From assembly GCF_000143415.4 (NCBI RefSeq), contig NW_003314286.1, forward strand, positions 965,643-1,029,642: a DNA stretch of 64,000 nucleotides. Reading direction: 5' to 3'. The translations under genes were made by a program, and so were the position numbers. This document shows positions 59,958 through 64,000 of this stretch, in pieces (the stretch's first letter is position 1; each line of letters opens with the position of its first letter). Under the pieces are notes generated by a model that was not told the DNA's origin, made no database searches, and saw nothing but the letters and a program-made list of their open reading frames with translations. This DNA comes from Selaginella moellendorffii (lineage: Eukaryota; Plantae; Lycopodiophyta).

Positions 59958-62900
59958 TTGTAAAGAACCAACTCGCTGAGGTGTCGTAAGCTAAAGGAAC
60001 CCCAAAAGCATGACCAAAATGACAAAGAGTTCATCGGATGGGACGAAGTCGAAGATCGAGTCCAAGACCAACTCTAGGACCGAGTTCGAGATAGAGTCTG
60101 GAATCGAGTCCGAGACCGACTCGGGGACCGAGTTCGAGTCCGAGTTCGAGACCGAGTTTGAGACGGAGTCCGAGATCCGAAATCAGGTCCGAGACCGAGA
60201 CCGAGTCCGAGGTCGAGTCTGAGGTCGGGTCCGAGATCGGGTCCGAGATCGAGTCCGAGATCGAGTCCAAGACCGAATCCGAAGTCGGATCCGAAATCGG
60301 GTCCGAGATCGAGCCAGAGACTAAGTCCAAATACTAATACGGGTCAAGGGGTGAAAGCCCAAAGCGTGCATCTCCCAGGGGGGGGGGGCTGCAGGGGGTT
60401 CCAAAAGTATAGTAGGGATAGTGAGGTCCAGGAACCAGTCTTGAAGGAACTCTCCAGTGGTGCTTCCAAACTGACTTAAGGTTGAGACTGGGGCCGAGGG
60501 GCCTTGGGTGGGAGTGAGCATGGGCTTGAGTGGTGCCGGAGGGGCTACCCAGGGAAGTGCTCAAGAGCAGCTCCCACTCCCGAAAGGGAAATCGACTGCG
60601 GTGCTCCCGGCTCATGTGGAGTGGTGCCCCACTTGAGTACCTTGTGGCTCATTGGTCCTCGCCCTCCCTAGGGGCTTGGGCCTTCCCTTCAGGATGGACG
60701 TGGGGGGGTAGAGGTACCCATACCGGGCCGTTAGGCCACGGTGTTTCGCCCCGATGTCCCGAAGCAAGTGCTGCACCCAAGACTTGGGATTTAGAGAGTC
60801 CCATGATCAAGTCTTGTGGTACCAAGGGGTGTTAGGAATCTGGAGGCTTGGTGTGCTTGGCTGCTTGTGCCTGCGGGGAGTGTAGCCGAACCTTAAGTCC
60901 AGTCTAACCCGGGGAGGGGGATTGGGAGAGATTTGGGAATCCGTAGATGGATGGCTAACACTCCGTTGCTCGTGTAGTGAGTAGCTGAAACCAAGTAGGA
61001 CGAAGTAGGAGCTGGTACCATAAGCGGGAACCTTGGCGAGGGAACTTAGCACAAGCCAAGGCAGAGTTTGTCGAATAGACGAGTTAAGCTGGCAAATTGG
61101 AAAGGAAAAATTTGTGGCTTACACCGGGGTCATAGTCAACAATTTAAAAGGGTCTGGAAGACCTAGTTCCTATTGGTAGACCTGTTAAGGGGTCAAGATG
61201 AGATCACCAAGTGATCTTGTGGCTAAACAAAGACAAGGTCTTTGTTTGGGTTAAGGAATATAATTCCTAGTTCAAAGTGTTGATTTGAACTATTGATAAT
61301 GGTGTGGCTTGGTCGAGGTGACCAAGTGGGAAGGACACTTAAAGGAAAATTAGTTGTGCCAGTACGATGGTATAGTAAGTCCAAGAAAATAATCTCGGGG
61401 AGAGACCCATGGGAGGGTCGCAAAGTTGGGCCATGGATGAAGCCCGTAGTAGAAATTGCTAAAGAGACCTACTAGGGGTGAGCACCCGCTGGACTTAGCA
61501 AAGTAAAGCCTTTGCCATGGAACCAAAAGGATACCTCGAGAATGGAGGTAGTGATCCTATGTTGCTCACTGCAACAATCAATGGATAAAAGCAAAAGACT
61601 AGTGGCCAAATGTGTGCCATGGAGTTCATTGAAAGGAATCCAAATGGCAAAGTTAGGCATGGAATACTAATGTGTTGGATGCTAACGGATTGTGAGAAAG
61701 GAAGTGTGCTTCCAAGGATGGATTCCCAAATGCTTCAAGTTGGCAAAGGTGAAAGCTCCACGGGAGGGAGCGGCGAAGTAGCCAAAAGATAGGGCCTTGG
61801 ATAACTCTAGCACAGCTTATGATGGCTAGAACTTGGTGCCAAAAGTGGCATAAAATAGAAAGGAGGACAATGGCACCCTCAAGTGAGGAGCTTCCTAGGA
61901 TGGGAAGTGAAGTTGCACAATATGTGCAGTGAAAGGTGTCAAAGACACCAAAGAAATTAACTTTAAGAAGTCAAAATTAAAAATTCCAAGGTGAATTGGT
62001 TATGTCAATAGAAGTTGGGACTACTCGAGAATGTGTAGTGGGGTTGAGCTAGAGAATGGGTCTCTAATAGGTTTAGCGAGAGCAAACCCAATAAAAGAGA
62101 GAGAACCACCTGAGGTGGTCAAATGAGTCTTTATGTTGGAGACACTATGCTCCTTAGAGGTTGAACAAGGCATGGCAAGCCTTCAGTGTCAAACCATTGA
62201 CAAATATTGGCTAAGTGTCAAGGATGGTGAATGTAATACATGCTAGTGTTACTTTATAAAACGATTTATCATTCGATGAGGACATTGAACTTCGTCTATG
62301 GGTGGTGGAGTTGTGAGACACAAAATCCCTAGGCCCCAAAATGGAGCCGAAAGGGTGCCACGTGGTAGTGGCCGAAGCAAAAGCCAAACGAGCGTAACAC
62401 GTTTGGACTAAAAGGCTCTGACTTGAAAGGTCGAGAGCGGGAGTGGAACTCTCAACGGAGTGCTCAAGGAACGAGCATGAAGCGAGCAATAAGCGAGGCT
62501 CCAAAAAGGGACCCAAAAGGACCAACACATCACACGTGGAAGTGTCCGAGATGGAGTCCGAGATGGACCTGAGTTGGAGTCCGAGATGGAGTCCGAGGTG
62601 GACCCGAGATGAAGTCCGAGGTGGACTCGAGATGGAGTCCGAGATGGACCCGAGTTGGAGTCCGAGGTGGAGTCTGAGATGGACCAAGATGGAGTCTGAG
62701 AAGGACCCAAGATGGAGTCTAAGATGGAGTCCGAGATGGAGTCCAAGATGGAGTCCAAGATGGAGTCCGAGATGGAGTCTGAGATGGACCCGAGATGGAG
62801 TCCGAGATGGACTGAGATGGAGTCTGAGATGGACCCGAGATGGAGTCCGAGATGGACTCGAGATGGAGTCCAAGATGGAGTATTACAAGAACTTTAAAGA

Positions 62901-64000
62901 GTATATCGAGACGGAGTCCAAGATGGACCCGAGATGGAATCCGAGATGGAGTCCGAGGTCAAGACCGAGACTGGGACCGAGACCGAGACCAAGACCGAGA
63001 CCGAGACCGGGACCGAGACTGAGACCGGGACCGGAACCGAGACCGGGACCGAGACTAAGACTGGGACCGGAACCAAGACCGAGGCCGGGACCGAGACTGA
63101 GTCCAAGTTTGAGTCCGAGTCCAAGTCTGAGTCTGAGTCCGAGTCTGAGTTTGAGTCTGAGAGGGTGAAAGCCTAAAGCATTCGTCTCCTAGACCCTGGG
63201 GGGTTTGGTGAGCTCCAAAAGTATAGTAACAGGGAGGACTGCAGTGGAGCCAGTTTGGCTAGGAAAGGCCAGTTTGGCCCAGGAAGGCCAGACCTAGTGT
63301 TGGGTGATGAATTGACCACTAGGAAGTCCAAGACTAGAGTGAATACAGACCGATAAGTGGGATAGCTTGAAGAAGTGTTCAAGAGCCAGCTCTAGTTCCC
63401 CCAGGAGATCGACTGGCCGATGCTCCTAGTCCAAGTGTGGGTGGCACTACCTACTTGGATACTTGGTGTGGCTCAACGGAACCTCGCTCTAAGCTCATGG
63501 CTAGAGCACCTAAAGGCAGAAGGTGGGGAGAGTACCCACGGGGCTCACGTAGGGCCACGGTGTTCCGAAATGTTGTCCCGAAGTTCCAAATGGGGGAAAG
63601 GTGGAGGAGCAATCCTCTAGTGTAGTGACTACGGATATGGTCACATGGTGAGGAAGTCCCAGAGGACCATGGGACTTAGTAGCCGAGCCTATGGGCCTTG
63701 ATCTAGTGGTAGTGTTGGTGAACATGGCCATGGACGGAAGAGGGACTTGGCAAGAACTGAGAAAGGGATGTTGGGGAAGGCTATTCCCATGTCTGTGGGC
63801 ATCTTAAGGATGTTAAGGAGTGGATCTAGGATGACCACTTGTGGACGGATGACCCAGTCTTGGAGAGACGAGATTGTGATACAAGTGGTATTGGACCACT
63901 AGTGCAATAAAGGTGAATGGGTATGGCCTTAGTGTAATGGGCCGATATGTCAGCGGTACCTTTGGGTGTCGGTCTTGGGACTGGACACGTGGAGCACTTG

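Larger units (their letters stand above)
53661..61123 (+). mobile_element. Full-length chromodomain-bearing Ty3/Gypsy LTR retrotransposon (chromovirus), TSD CCGGG
   Basis: LTRs 53661-54786 and 59959-61123 (TG...CA, highly similar); Met-type PBS TGGTATCGGAGC at 54790; PPT at 59947-59957; ccggg on both sides. Confidence 0.96.
53340..64000 (+). mobile_element. LARD-like non-autonomous element (non-coding hairpin-rich internal domain, PPT, 3' LTR from 62312 past the window end), interrupted by the chromovirus
   Basis: 53355-53660 and 61129-62311 rejoin across the TSD; PPT gggtggtggag at 62300-62310 precedes TGTGAGAC. Confidence 0.75.

Overview
Eukaryotic land-plant genomic DNA. The very short introns (mostly about 45-70 nt), tight gene packing and gene content suggest a lycophyte such as Selaginella; this is an inference. 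Positions 1-41 kb are gene-dense. They carry an intronless actinoporin-like pore-forming protein, an inverted pair of Maf-like pseudogenes, a MIKC*-type MADS gene, ICME, SYF1/XAB2, an intronless divergent BUD31, SAR1, an orphan gene built from tandemly duplicated exon-intron units, a mitoferrin-like pseudogene, an RMA1-like RING E3, PHYHD1, a NIPA-like C3HC protein, a three-exon ATP synthase subunit e gene missed by the ORF track, a PYL ABA receptor, VPS33, TBL3/UTP13, an alpha-expansin and a small plant-specific protein. Positions 41.5-64 kb are a nest of LTR retroelements: an old Gypsy on the minus strand, two LARD-like non-autonomous elements, a TRIM, a chimeric TRIM, a solo LTR and a young full-length chromovirus (53661-61123, TSD CCGGG). 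Two observations stand out. (1) The chromovirus integrase is interrupted by two, possibly three, short spliceosomal-type introns, and removing them restores conserved motifs exactly. (2) Its 3' UTR carries a multi-hairpin RNA module, also present in the non-autonomous elements, whose stems show compensatory changes between copies while the loops stay conserved. Together these suggest a splicing-gated retrotransposon with a structured cis-acting RNA that non-coding parasites share.
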